DNA from: an uncultured Collinsella sp.
GTDB taxonomy: Bacteria; Actinomycetota; Coriobacteriia; Coriobacteriales; Coriobacteriaceae
NCBI GenBank assembly: GCA_900554325.1
Contig: USHA01000001.1
Location: 5,300-69,299 of the forward strand
Length of the DNA: 64,000 nt
Direction: 5' to 3'
Under the pieces are notes generated by a model, which saw only the letters and a list, made by a program, of their open reading frames with translations, was not told the DNA's origin and made no database searches. Positions 18,992 through 28,880 of the stretch are shown here, one piece after another (position 1 is the first letter of the stretch; every line of letters begins with the position of its first letter). The translations under genes and the position numbers were made by a program.

Positions 18992-21016
18992 CTACATGAG
19001 CTCGCAGACGCTCTGGGCAAACGCCACCGGGTCGGCGGGCAGGATGCCCTCGACGAGCAGCGCCTGGTCGTAGAGCAGACCGGCATACAGGGAGAGCTTA
19101 TCCTGGTTGCCCGCCTCCTGAGCAGCCACGAGCTTGTCGAACACCGGATGCTTGGCGTTGAGCTCAAGCACGCGCTGGCTCTTGGGCATCTCGCCGCGAT
19201 CGGCCTCGGGGCCGCGCGCAAGCACCTTCTCCATCTCGAGCGACAGCGGACCCTCGGTGGTGATACAGGCGGGGGCATCGGTCAGACGCGCGGAGACCGC
19301 AACCTTCTCCACCTTATCGCCGAGGGCCTCCTTCATGGCCTCGAACAGGTCGCCGTGCTCCTTCGTAGCCTCCTCGGCATCCTTCTTCTCGTCCTCGGTC
19401 GCGAGGTCGAGATCGCCGGTCGCCACGTTCTTGAGATCGAGGAAGCGGTCCTCGGTCTCGGGCTCCGCGCCGTCGGCGACGGCCTTTGCGGCCGCCTCGC
19501 GCGCGGCGTCGTCCTCGTAAACCTTGGGCATGTGCTTGGCGGTGTAGCCGCGCATGGCCTGGAAGGTGAACTCGTCGACATCGGCCGTGAGCAGCAGCAC
19601 GTCATAGCCGCGGTCAAGCACGCCCTTTACCACGGGCATCTTGGCCAGGCGCTCGCGATCATCGCCCGCCGCGTAGTAGATCGCCTTCTGGCCCTCGGGC
19701 ATGGCGGCGGCGTACTCGGCAAGCGTCACCATCTTGTTCTCGCGCGCGCTCCAGAACAGCAGCAGGTCGGCAAGTTCATCGGCCTTCATCCCATAGCTGG
19801 AGTAAATGCCAAACTTGAGCCCACGGCCGAAGTTCTCAAAGAACTTCTCGTACGTCTCACGGTCGTCGTCGCGCATCTTCTCGAGCTCGCTCGTCACGCG
19901 CTTCTCCACGCGCTTGGCGATGGCTTTGAGCTGGCGGTCGTGCTGCAGGGTCTCACGCGAGATGTTGAGCGAGATGTCCTGGGAGTCCACCACGCCGCGC
20001 ACGAAGTTGTAGTAATCCGGCAGCAGGTCGGCGCACTTCTCCATAATCAGCACGTTGGAGCTATAGAGCGCTAAGCCCTTCTCGTAATCCTTGCTGTAAA
20101 GGTCGAACGGTGCGCGGCTCGGGATATAGAGCAGCGCGTCGTACTCGAGGGTGCCCTCGGCGTGGAAGCTCACCGTACGCGCCGGGTCCTCAAAATCGTG
20201 GAACGTGCTCTTATAAAACTCGTTGTAGTCCTCCTCCGACACGTCCGAGCTGCGTTTCTTCCAGATGGGAGTCATCGAGTTGATGGTCTCGAGCTCCTCG
20301 CAGTCCTCGTACTCCGGCTTGTAGTCGTCGCCGGCGTCGGCGGGGCGCTCCTTCTCGCGGCTCTTGGTGACCATCATCTGGACGGGATAGCGCACGTAGT
20401 TGCTGTAGCGCTTGATGAGGTCCTTGAGCCCCCACTCGGACAGATACGTGTCGTAGTTCTCGCCGGGCTCGCCATTCTCGCCGGCGACGTTCTCGCGGAT
20501 GGTGAGGATGACGTCGGTGCCGTGCTCGGCGCGCTCGCCGGGCTCGATGGTGTAGCCCTCAAGGCCGTCGGACTCCCATACGTGCGCCGTGTCCTCGCCG
20601 AAGGCGCGGCTGACCACACGGACCTTGGAGGCAACCATGAACGCAGAGTAGAAGCCCACGCCAAACTGACCGATGATGTCGACATCCCCGCCCTGGTGCT
20701 CGGCGTTTTCCCGCTTGAACTCCTGGCTGCCGGAATGGGCGATGGTGCCGAGGTTCTCCTCGAGGTCCTCAGCGGTCATGCCGATGCCGTTGTCGGAGAC
20801 GGTAAGCGTGCGCGCGTCCTTGTCAAACGAGACGCGGATGGCAAGGTCATCGTTGCCGAGCTGAATACTCGAGTCGGAGAGACTCTTGAAGTTGAGCTTG
20901 TCCACCGCATCCGACGCGTTGGAGATAAGCTCACGCAGGAAGATCTCCTTGTTGGTATAGATCGAGTTGATCATGAGGTCGAGGAGCTTCTTGCTCTCGG
21001 TTTTAAATTGCTGCAT
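18992..21016 (-). CDS. htpG: Chaperone HtpG (Hsp90)
   Basis: NKEIFLRELISNASDA, DNGIGM, IGQFGVGFYSAF, LNISRETLQ. Confidence 0.96.
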   Translation of the reverse strand: MQQFKTESKKLLDLMINSIYTNKEIFLRELISNASDAVDKLNFKSLSDSSIQLGNDDLAIRVSFDKDARTLTVSDNGIGMTAEDLEENLGTIAHSGSQEFKRENAEHQGGDVDIIGQFGVGFYSAFMVASKVRVVSRAFGEDTAHVWESDGLEGYTIEPGERAEHGTDVILTIRENVAGENGEPGENYDTYLSEWGLKDLIKRYSNYVRYPVQMMVTKSREKERPADAGDDYKPEYEDCEELETINSMTPIWKKRSSDVSEEDYNEFYKSTFHDFEDPARTVSFHAEGTLEYDALLYIPSRAPFDLYSKDYEKGLALYSSNVLIMEKCADLLPDYYNFVRGVVDSQDISLNISRETLQHDRQLKAIAKRVEKRVTSELEKMRDDDRETYEKFFENFGRGLKFGIYSSYGMKADELADLLLFWSARENKMVTLAEYAAAMPEGQKAIYYAAGDDRERLAKMPVVKGVLDRGYDVLLLTADVDEFTFQAMRGYTAKHMPKVYEDDAAREAAAKAVADGAEPETEDRFLDLKNVATGDLDLATEDEKKDAEEATKEHGDLFEAMKEALGDKVEKVAVSARLTDAPACITTEGPLSLEMEKVLARGPEADRGEMPKSQRVLELNAKHPVFDKLVAAQEAGNQDKLSLYAGLLYDQALLVEGILPADPVAFAQSVCELM

Positions 21017-21496
21017 GCGCGCAACGCCCTTTCTGCTGTCGTCTAGCCGGCTTTCGCCGGCTTGTGCGCCGGCAAGCGGCGCACATCTACTGAACGCCTC
21101 CATGGTACCCACAATTGAACTCATAAAACCTAAGCGTTTACCACTTAGATTCAGATGACACAATTGGCATCCTGAAGTCTCAGCCCGTCACCTGCGGGCT
21201 ATTGGCACCCCGTGGAGAGCAGGCCTCACCGTTCGATGCTCGCTGCGGCCAATTGCGGTCACGATTTATATTCATACAGTATTTGTAATTACGTTGCATC
21301 GCGTCTCTAAATCGAAATGGCCGTAAAACCCGTCACTTATGAAGAAATGCACAGCAGTGTGCCGCCCATGCATCAACCGTGATGCACTCGACGCCCAGCC
21401 AACGACAAAAAGAGACAAGAAATACTGTATGAAGTAGTTTTTTGACCACTTTGGCAAAAATGCGCCGAAATGCAGAAAAGAGCGTATCGTCTATGC

Positions 21497-22462
21497 ATGG
21501 AGAAAGTTGTCTGCGCGTGCGGCGCCTCCGCACTCGAACTCTACCGATCGAGCAAACGCCTCATCCCGACGCTGCTCGACAAGCCGAGGACCGGCCAGGT
21601 CACCGGCCTGTCAGTTCCGCCGCGGCAGCTCCTGGCTGATGACATGACCGTCCACGGCATCGTGAGCAAGCCATATCACGTTCTCGTCGATGGAAACCGC
21701 GGATACAACCAACGTCAAGATACCCAAGTCACGGCATGCTACCGCCCTCTTCCTCCTCGGTCGCTCATAAAAATCGACCGATCGTTCTGGACGGTGAGTC
21801 CCGAACTCTCCTTCATCCAGATTGCGGGCGACAACACCTGGAGCAACTTCGATATCATCAGCTTGGGATATGAGCTTTGCGGCACCTATGTTCTCGATGA
21901 TTCGTGGGACGGCCTCACGTGCACCGAGAAACCGCTTACATCAACCGAGAAAATCGGCAGGCTCACCGACTCCATCCACAGGGTCACCGGCATCAAGCGG
22001 GCGCGTAATTTGCTCAAATACGTGAACGGCCTGTCAAACTCCCCTATGGAGACCGTCCTGGCCATGCTTGTCTCGCTGCCCACCACGATGGGCGGTCTAG
22101 GTCTCGGTCCCATCTCGATGAACCATCCCGTCGCGACGCCCGTCGGGAGGCGGCGCGTCGACATCGGGTTCACCCGGCAGCGCGTCGGCCTTGAATACCA
22201 AGGAAAGGAGTTCCACTCCATAGAGGCGGCAGGGCGGGATGCGCGGCGACAAAACAAAATCGTCGGCTCCGGATTCACCATCTTGAACGTGTGGTACGAG
22301 GATCTTGTCGATGAGCACCTATTCCAGCAGTTCACCGACGATCTGTTCCGCGCCCTGGGCTCTCGCAAGCGCATTCGCACCAGCGGATTCCATACGCTCC
22401 AAAAGATTTTGCGAATGCAGCTCATGCCGACCGTAACCAGATATGGAGGCAACGAATTCTGA
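21497..22462 (+). CDS. Hypothetical protein with C-terminal DUF559/Vsr-like PD-(D/E)xK domain (AbiEi-associated type)
   Basis: SPELSF...LGYELCGTY, SPMET, VDIGF...LEYQGKEFH...DARRQN. Confidence 0.65.
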   Translation: MEKVVCACGASALELYRSSKRLIPTLLDKPRTGQVTGLSVPPRQLLADDMTVHGIVSKPYHVLVDGNRGYNQRQDTQVTACYRPLPPRSLIKIDRSFWTVSPELSFIQIAGDNTWSNFDIISLGYELCGTYVLDDSWDGLTCTEKPLTSTEKIGRLTDSIHRVTGIKRARNLLKYVNGLSNSPMETVLAMLVSLPTTMGGLGLGPISMNHPVATPVGRRRVDIGFTRQRVGLEYQGKEFHSIEAAGRDARRQNKIVGSGFTILNVWYEDLVDEHLFQQFTDDLFRALGSRKRIRTSGFHTLQKILRMQLMPTVTRYGGNEF

Positions 22463-22662
22463 CGGGGGTCGCGGATGCGCGGCACCGCGAGCTTTGCTGT
22501 CGAAAGTGCGGCGCCGCGCCAATCGAAGATGCGAGCCCCACCGATCGAGCATGAGAATCCCAGCCAATCGAGCATGCGATTTCGCACCAATGAAAAACGC
22601 GGCACCGCGTCAAGCGGCACCGCGTTTCATCGCATGTCGGCGTGAAGGCGGGAGCGGACCCT

Positions 22663-23604
22663 CTACGCAAGCACCTCGCGCACAGTGGCGGCAACACCCT
22701 CGGCGTTGAGGCCGTACTTGTCCAAAAGCTCCAGCGCCGGGCCGGACTCGCCGAACGTGTCGCGAACGCCAACACGGCGCATGGGCACCGGGCACTGCTC
22801 GCCCAAAACGGCCGCGCACGCCTCACCAAGGCCACCCATAATGGAGTGCTCCTCAACCGTCACCACGTGGCCGGTCTTGGAAGCGGAAGCGACGAGTGCC
22901 TCCGAGTCGAGCGGCTTGATGGTGTGCATGTTGACGACCTCGGCGGAGATTCCCTCCGCGGCAAGGACCTCTGCAGCCTCAAGCGCGGCGGACAGCATAA
23001 GGCCGCAAGCGACGATGGACACATCGGTGCCCTCGCGCATGACGACGGCACGGCCGAGCTCGAACTCGTAGGTATCAGGGTCGTTGATCACCGGCGCAGC
23101 AAGACGGCCAAAGCGCAGGTAGAAGGGGCCGTCCGTCGCATAGGCGCAACGCGTGGCGGCACGGGCCTCCACGTCGTCGGCGGGAACCACGACCGTCATG
23201 CCGGGAATGGTGCGCATGAGGGCGATGTCCTCGTTGCACTGGTGCGTGGCTCCGTCCTCGCCCACCGAGATGCCGGCATGCGTGGCGCCGATCTTCACGT
23301 TGAGATGCGGATAGCCGATCGAGTTGCGAATCTGCTCGAACGCACGGCCTGCGGCGAACATCGCAAACGAGCTCGCGAACGCAACGCGGCCCGTGGTGGC
23401 AACACCCGCGGCGAGGCCCATCATGTTGCCCTCGGCGATGCCGGCATTGTAGAAACGGTCGGGGTAGGCGGCCTTGAACTTGCCCGTCTGCGTCGCCGCG
23501 GCAAGGTCGGCGTCGAACACCACGAAGTCATCGTGCTCCGCACCGAGCTCGACCAGCGCCTCGCCGTAGCTCACACGCGTGGCGATCCTCTTAACGTCTG
23601 CCAT
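22663..23604 (-). CDS. Transketolase, C-terminal subunit
   Basis: GIAEGNM, GEDGATHQ, TIKPLD, EEHSIMGGLG. Confidence 0.93.
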   Translation of the reverse strand: MADVKRIATRVSYGEALVELGAEHDDFVVFDADLAAATQTGKFKAAYPDRFYNAGIAEGNMMGLAAGVATTGRVAFASSFAMFAAGRAFEQIRNSIGYPHLNVKIGATHAGISVGEDGATHQCNEDIALMRTIPGMTVVVPADDVEARAATRCAYATDGPFYLRFGRLAAPVINDPDTYEFELGRAVVMREGTDVSIVACGLMLSAALEAAEVLAAEGISAEVVNMHTIKPLDSEALVASASKTGHVVTVEEHSIMGGLGEACAAVLGEQCPVPMRRVGVRDTFGESGPALELLDKYGLNAEGVAATVREVLA

Positions 23605-23608
23605 TGCC

Positions 23609-24457
23609 TTACGCCTCCTTCGCGAGCTCGGCCGCGCGGGCATCAAGCTCGGCCATTGCCTGCTCGAACTGCTCGTCGTTGGGGGCCTTGCCATGCCAGC
23701 CCACCTGGCCCTCCATGAAGGAGACGCCCTTGCCCTTGACCGTCTCGGCGACGATGCACACGGGTTTGCCGCTCACCTCGCGAGCAGCCTGGAACGCAGC
23801 GCGCACCTGCGCCATGTCGTTGCCGTCAGCGAGTTCGATGACGTGGAAGCCAAAGGCCTCGAACTTGTTGGCAATGGGCATCGCGGAGTTGACCTCCTCG
23901 ATGCTGCCGTCGATCTGCAGGCCGTTGTGATCGACGATGAGCACGAGGTTGTCGAGATGGTGGTTGCCGGCGAACATCGCGGCCTCCCACACCTGGCCTT
24001 CCTCGATCTCGCCATCGCCCAGCAGGCAGAACGTACGATACGCATCGCCCCAGTGCTTGGCGGCGAGCGCCATGCCCACCGCGGCGGAGATGCCCTGACC
24101 CAGCGAGCCAGTGGACATGTCGACGCCGGGAGTGTCGTTCATGTTGGGATGGCCCTGCAAGTGGCTACCAACATGGCGCAGGGTCTCAAGATCATCTTTG
24201 GGGAAGAACCCGCGCTCGGCGAGCACGGAATACAGGGCAGGGGCGCAGTGACCCTTAGAGAGGACGAACCGGTCACGATTCGCGCGGCGCGGGTCGCTCG
24301 GGTCGATGTTCATCTCCTCAAAATACAGATACGTGATGATATCGGCTGAGCCGAGGGAGCCGCCGGGATGGCCGGACTTGGCGGCATGCGTTCCGACCAC
24401 GACCCCCTTTCTAACTTCATTGGCAATCTGGATGAGTTCCTCATCGCTCATGGACAA
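23609..24457 (-). CDS. Transketolase, N-terminal subunit
   Basis: SGHPGGS, LSKGH, STGSLGQG, GDGE...N TPP motif. Confidence 0.93.
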   Translation of the reverse strand: MSMSDEELIQIANEVRKGVVVGTHAAKSGHPGGSLGSADIITYLYFEEMNIDPSDPRRANRDRFVLSKGHCAPALYSVLAERGFFPKDDLETLRHVGSHLQGHPNMNDTPGVDMSTGSLGQGISAAVGMALAAKHWGDAYRTFCLLGDGEIEEGQVWEAAMFAGNHHLDNLVLIVDHNGLQIDGSIEEVNSAMPIANKFEAFGFHVIELADGNDMAQVRAAFQAAREVSGKPVCIVAETVKGKGVSFMEGQVGWHGKAPNDEQFEQAMAELDARAAELAKEA

Positions 24458-24627
24458 TGCCTCCTTGCATGTGAGCGGTGGCGCGTTACCAGGGTAATCA
24501 TAGCGGCAGGACGTGGCGGAGGGTCGAAAGCAAACGGTAAATTCAAAACCTTACAATGTGAAATTGAGACATCTACCTGCGATAAAACGCTTGACCACAA
24601 GACGTTTTGAGAATCAAGCGAAAGGAC

Positions 24628-25311
24628 CTAGCGAGCAGATGCAACCCGCTCCCAATCCGCCTCGAAAGCGGCGAGACCGGCGTCGGTAAGCGGGTGATGC
24701 AGGCATTTTCTGAGGGCTTTCATGGGCACGGTGGCGATATCCGCTCCCATGAGCGCCGCCTGCGTCACGTGGTTGGGCGTGCGCACGGAAGCGGTGATGA
24801 TCTCAACTCGACTGTCCGGATTCTTGCCCGACCAATCGTAATTCTTGATGCACGTCACGATATCCCCAAGCTGGGCAAGGCCGTCGAGCGCAATGTCGTC
24901 GTAACGGCCAACGAACGGCGACACGTAGCGGGCGCCGGCGTTGGCAGCCAAAAGCGCCTGCGTCGCAGAGAAGATGAGCGTCATGTTCACGCGCGCGCCC
25001 TCGTCTGCAAGGGCGCGGCATGCAGTCAAGCCCGCTTCGCAAATGGGGAGCTTGACCACGATGTTCGGTGCGAGCGCAGAAAGGCGGCGGCCCTGCTCGA
25101 CCATGCCCTCCGCAGTGTTCGCCGTCGCCTCTGCCGAGACGGGCAAGCCCTCGCACAGATCGGCGATCTTGAGCATGTGCGGCTCGAAGTCCTCGAGCTT
25201 GCCGCCCGTTTTTGCATACAGGCTTGGATTGGTGGTCACGCCCGCCAAGCAACCCCAGCTTTTTGCCTCGGCGATTTCCTCGAGATCTGCCGTGTCGATA
25301 AAGAACTTCAT
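24628..25311 (-). CDS. Transaldolase / fructose-6-phosphate aldolase family
   Basis: MKFFIDTA, GVTTNPS, NMTLIFS, YVSPFVGR, HPLTDAG. Confidence 0.92.
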   Translation of the reverse strand: MKFFIDTADLEEIAEAKSWGCLAGVTTNPSLYAKTGGKLEDFEPHMLKIADLCEGLPVSAEATANTAEGMVEQGRRLSALAPNIVVKLPICEAGLTACRALADEGARVNMTLIFSATQALLAANAGARYVSPFVGRYDDIALDGLAQLGDIVTCIKNYDWSGKNPDSRVEIITASVRTPNHVTQAALMGADIATVPMKALRKCLHHPLTDAGLAAFEADWERVASAR

Positions 25312-25460
25312 CTCAAACCCTTCTCGCGGCATCATGCGACACAAAGCACAGTATAAAAGCTGCGTTGTAGGCGTTTTGGAGCTAAAGCGTTTTGGCATCG
25401 ACAAGCGGTCGAGAATTTACATAGCCGGCCCGCCAGCGGGCTCCCGCACGGACGGTTGCT

Positions 25461-26936
25461 TTACAGCTCCGGCAGCTCCTGCACCGGAAAGTGCACGGAT
25501 ATGCTGGTGCCGCGGCCAAGCTCGCTATCCAATTCGATGCGCGCGCCGTGATACGCCGCGGCGTGCTTGACAATGGCGAGACCCAATCCCGTGCCGCCGC
25601 GAGCCTTGGAACGGCTTTTGTCCACGCGGTAGAACCGTTCAAAGATCTTGCCCTGCTCCTCAGCGGCGATACCAATACCCGTGTCGGCAACGCAGATGTA
25701 CGGCGCAAAGAGCCCCGAGGCCTCATCTGCATCCGATCCGCCGACTTGCTCAACGCCACACGAGAGTGTCACAACGCCGCCGGGGCGGTTGTAGCGTATG
25801 GCGTTGCTCGCCAGATTGTACGCAAGCTCGTCGATGAGGCGCGGAACACCCACCACCATGGCAGGCTCGCACGCCAGCTCGATCCGCACGTCCGCGCGCT
25901 GGGCGACTTGCTCCAATCGCTGGGCGATACCCTCAAGCGTGCGCGGCACGTCGATGGGCTCGCGCGTGCCCAGCGTCGCCGACGCGGCACCGTCCTCGGA
26001 GCGCTCCGCCTCGTCCAGGTTGGACAAGGTGAGGATGTCATTCACAAGGGAAGTGAGCCTTCCCGCCTCGTTGTAAATACGACGTCCAAAGTCGCGCAGA
26101 TCTGCCTCGTCGGTCACCATACCGTTGGCGATGAGCTCCGCGTAACCCGAAACCGTGGTGAGCGGCGTCTTGAGCTCATGGGTTATGTTCGCCGTGAACT
26201 CGCGGCGCATGCGATCATTGTTGGCGAGCACACGCACCTGGCGCTTGAGCTCTTGGCGCTGGGTCTCAATACGCTCCAACATGGGCTCCATTTCGGCGTA
26301 GGCGTTTTGTGCATTGCGTTGGGGGTGATCGAGGTCCACCTCGAGCAGCGGCTCGATGATGCGCCTGGATTCACGGCGCGCCACGGCGACGGAGACTACG
26401 ATGCCGACGGCGGTCAAAATCGCCACGGGTCCGGCAAGCGACCAAAGAACAGACAGGTAGCCCGCCTCGCCCTTTGCCAAGCGCACCACGCTGCCGTCCG
26501 CCAAACGAACCGCCTCATACAGCATGACCTCGCCCAAAGTCGAGCTGGAACGGTCGGCCGAACCGCTGCCGGTCTCAAACGCCGCCTCGATCTCGGGGCG
26601 ATCCCCGTGATCCCCCATCTTGCTCTCGTCGATATCGGTGTCGTACAGCACGTCGCCGTCCCGCCCCACGAGCGTGATGCGCGTATCGTCCTGCTGCAGA
26701 CGCCTAAGCATGCCGACATAGCTTGGAGAGCTGTTGAGGGAGGCCGCCACAACGCGCGCCTCGCTGGCCAGCTCCTCGGATGTCGAATCAACCAGGCGCT
26801 TTTGCATGAACAAGGTGAGCGCCAGGGCAAACACCGCGATCGTGATGAGGGACATGGTGAGCATCGTGGCGAACACGCGCTTGGAAAGCGAACGTTTGGT
26901 CACGCGCGAACTCACGCGACCACATCGAGGCATCAT
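25461..26936 (-). CDS. Sensor histidine kinase (PhoR-like)
   Basis: HELKTPL H-box, NAIRYN, DTGIG, GGTGLGLAIVKH; in operon with pstB. Confidence 0.88.
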   Translation of the reverse strand: MMPRCGRVSSRVTKRSLSKRVFATMLTMSLITIAVFALALTLFMQKRLVDSTSEELASEARVVAASLNSSPSYVGMLRRLQQDDTRITLVGRDGDVLYDTDIDESKMGDHGDRPEIEAAFETGSGSADRSSSTLGEVMLYEAVRLADGSVVRLAKGEAGYLSVLWSLAGPVAILTAVGIVVSVAVARRESRRIIEPLLEVDLDHPQRNAQNAYAEMEPMLERIETQRQELKRQVRVLANNDRMRREFTANITHELKTPLTTVSGYAELIANGMVTDEADLRDFGRRIYNEAGRLTSLVNDILTLSNLDEAERSEDGAASATLGTREPIDVPRTLEGIAQRLEQVAQRADVRIELACEPAMVVGVPRLIDELAYNLASNAIRYNRPGGVVTLSCGVEQVGGSDADEASGLFAPYICVADTGIGIAAEEQGKIFERFYRVDKSRSKARGGTGLGLAIVKHAAAYHGARIELDSELGRGTSISVHFPVQELPEL

Positions 26937-27614
26937 TTACAGGTCTGCCAAACGATAGCCCACGCCGCGCACCGTCTCGATGCGATCGGCGTAATCGCCC
27001 AGCTTTTGACGGAGCGTCTGCACATGCACGTCGACCGTGCGCGAGCCGCCGTCAAAGTCCCAGCCCCACACGCTGCGCAAAAGAGACTCGCGCGTAAAGA
27101 CCACGCCGGGCTTGCGCATAAGGTACTCGAGCAGGTCGAACTCGCGCAACGTGAGCTTGAGTTCCTGTCCCTCAACGCGCACCACGCGATGGCTGGGGGA
27201 AAGCTCGATGCCGCCCACGGAGAGCGTCTCGGGCGCGGGGCGATTGGACATGCCGCCGCGACGCAGCAGGGCGCGGCAGCGGCTCGTGAGCTCCATGAGG
27301 GAGAACGGTTTGGTGAGGTAGTCATCCGCGCCGCCATCGAGCGCCACGACCTTGTCGAGCTCGGAATCTTTGGCGGTGAGCATCATGATGGGAACCGTCG
27401 CGGTGGCCTGGTCGGCGCGCAGGCGCCGCATGATCTCGAGGCCATCGGTGTCGGGCAGCATGATGTCGAGCAGAACCGCATCGGGGACGCGACGCGCAAC
27501 GGCAGCCTTGAACTCGCTGTCCGAAGCGAACCCCTCAGCCTCTATCCCCTGCTGGCGCAGCGCATAGAGGGTGAGACCCCGAATATTGTCATCGTCCTCG
27601 ACGTAGTAAATCAT
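26937..27614 (-). CDS. Response regulator (PhoB/PhoP-like)
   Basis: VEDD, LDIMLP, DDYLTKPF, RTVDVHV. Confidence 0.9.
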   Translation of the reverse strand: MIYYVEDDDNIRGLTLYALRQQGIEAEGFASDSEFKAAVARRVPDAVLLDIMLPDTDGLEIMRRLRADQATATVPIMMLTAKDSELDKVVALDGGADDYLTKPFSLMELTSRCRALLRRGGMSNRPAPETLSVGGIELSPSHRVVRVEGQELKLTLREFDLLEYLMRKPGVVFTRESLLRSVWGWDFDGGSRTVDVHVQTLRQKLGDYADRIETVRGVGYRLADL

Positions 27615-27645
27615 AGGAACGGCTCCTCTCGCCTATTGGTGGATT

Positions 27646-28548
27646 TTACCCAAATCGGCCGGTGAGGTAGTCCGCCGTGCGCTGGTCGCGCGGAGCTTTA
27701 AAGATCTGCGCGGTGGTGCCATGCTCAACCAGCTCACCCAGCAGGAAGAACGCCACAGAGTCGGAAATGCGCGATGCCTGCTGCATGTTGTGCGTCACCA
27801 CTACCAAGGTGTAATCCTGCTTAAGTTCCATCGCCAGCTGCTCAACCTGCACCGTGGAAATGGGGTCGAGTGCGCTCGTGGGCTCGTCCATGAGCAGAAC
27901 CTGCGGCTTGACCGCGATCGCGCGCGCGATGCACAGACGCTGCTGCTGTCCACCAGACAGACCAAGGCCCGACGACTTCAGCTTGTCCTTGACCTCATCC
28001 CACAGCGCGGCGCGGCGCAGGGACTCCTCGACTATGCCGTCCAGCTCCGAGCGGCTCTTGACACCCATGCCGCGCGGCCCATATGCCACGTTGTCGTAGA
28101 TGCTCATGGGGAACGGATTGGGGTGCTGGAAGACCATGCCCACGCGCTGACGCAGCAAGGTGGTGTCGAAGCCGTCGTAGATGTCTTGCCCATCGAGCTT
28201 GATGGAGCCCTCAACGCGGCAGTCCTTGACGTAGTCGTTCATGCGGTTGAAGCAGCGAAGGAGCGTGGACTTTCCGCAGCCGGACGGACCGATGAACGAG
28301 GTGATCTCGCGCTCCGGAATATCGATGGACACGTCCTTGAGCGCATGGTGGTCACCGTAAAACAAGTCGACGTGGCTCACGGAAAGGCGCGTGGCGTGGT
28401 GTACGGGCACGGTGCCGCCCAGGTCGATCTTGGGCGCGCCAACCTCGCGCAATGCCGCCGCCTCGGCCGCGCGGGCCATGGCAAGGGCGCTTTCCTCAGA
28501 CGTTCGATCCACCTGGGTCCTCCTCAACATGAGCGTCATAGCGCACAA
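27646..28548 (-). CDS. pstB: Phosphate ABC transporter ATP-binding protein (start uncertain)
   Basis: [40 protein letters not shown]. Confidence 0.93.
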   Translation of the reverse strand: MCAMTLMLRRTQVDRTSEESALAMARAAEAAALREVGAPKIDLGGTVPVHHATRLSVSHVDLFYGDHHALKDVSIDIPEREITSFIGPSGCGKSTLLRCFNRMNDYVKDCRVEGSIKLDGQDIYDGFDTTLLRQRVGMVFQHPNPFPMSIYDNVAYGPRGMGVKSRSELDGIVEESLRRAALWDEVKDKLKSSGLGLSGGQQQRLCIARAIAVKPQVLLMDEPTSALDPISTVQVEQLAMELKQDYTLVVVTHNMQQASRISDSVAFFLLGELVEHGTTAQIFKAPRDQRTADYLTGRFG

Positions 28549-28586
28549 AATGATACGGAGTCCACCTCAAAGGCCGGAAAGGCATA

Positions 28587-28605
28587 TGTAAGGAGCCTGT
28601 AAGGA
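28587..28605 (-). promoter_or_regulatory. Putative Pho box
   Basis: TCCTTACA direct repeat with 11-bp period just upstream of pstB. Confidence 0.6.
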
Positions 28606-28731
28606 ACAACCTCGCGATGCGCGTGGATGTTAAGAACTCGCAGGAGCCGCGATTGGAAGGTTCTGAACCTCAATCTGGGGACCTCAATTTGGAAACGGGC
28701 GCCGCATTGAGGTTGTGATAGAGAGCTTCTT

Positions 28732-28868
28732 GAGCTTTTTCGTATTGTTTTTCGATTTTGCAAAGTAGAGCAGCCTCAGCGGGCGCGATGCGGCAACAAA
28801 ACCGCAGTTCGCCGCGGCATGCCGCATCTGTCTACTTCGATAAATCCAATTTCTGTACGAAAAAGCTC
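28732..28868. repeat. ~137-bp imperfect palindrome (REP/MITE-like)
   Basis: Perfect 13-bp IR GAGCTTTTTCGTA / TACGAAAAAGCTC; inner AAGTAGA / TCTACTT. Confidence 0.65.
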
Positions 28869-28880
28869 ATCTAGCCCACG

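Noticed and set aside
21160..21230. CIRCE/HAIR heat-shock operator upstream of htpG
   Set aside because: Only TTGGCAC/TTGGCAT half-matches, with no correctly spaced second half.
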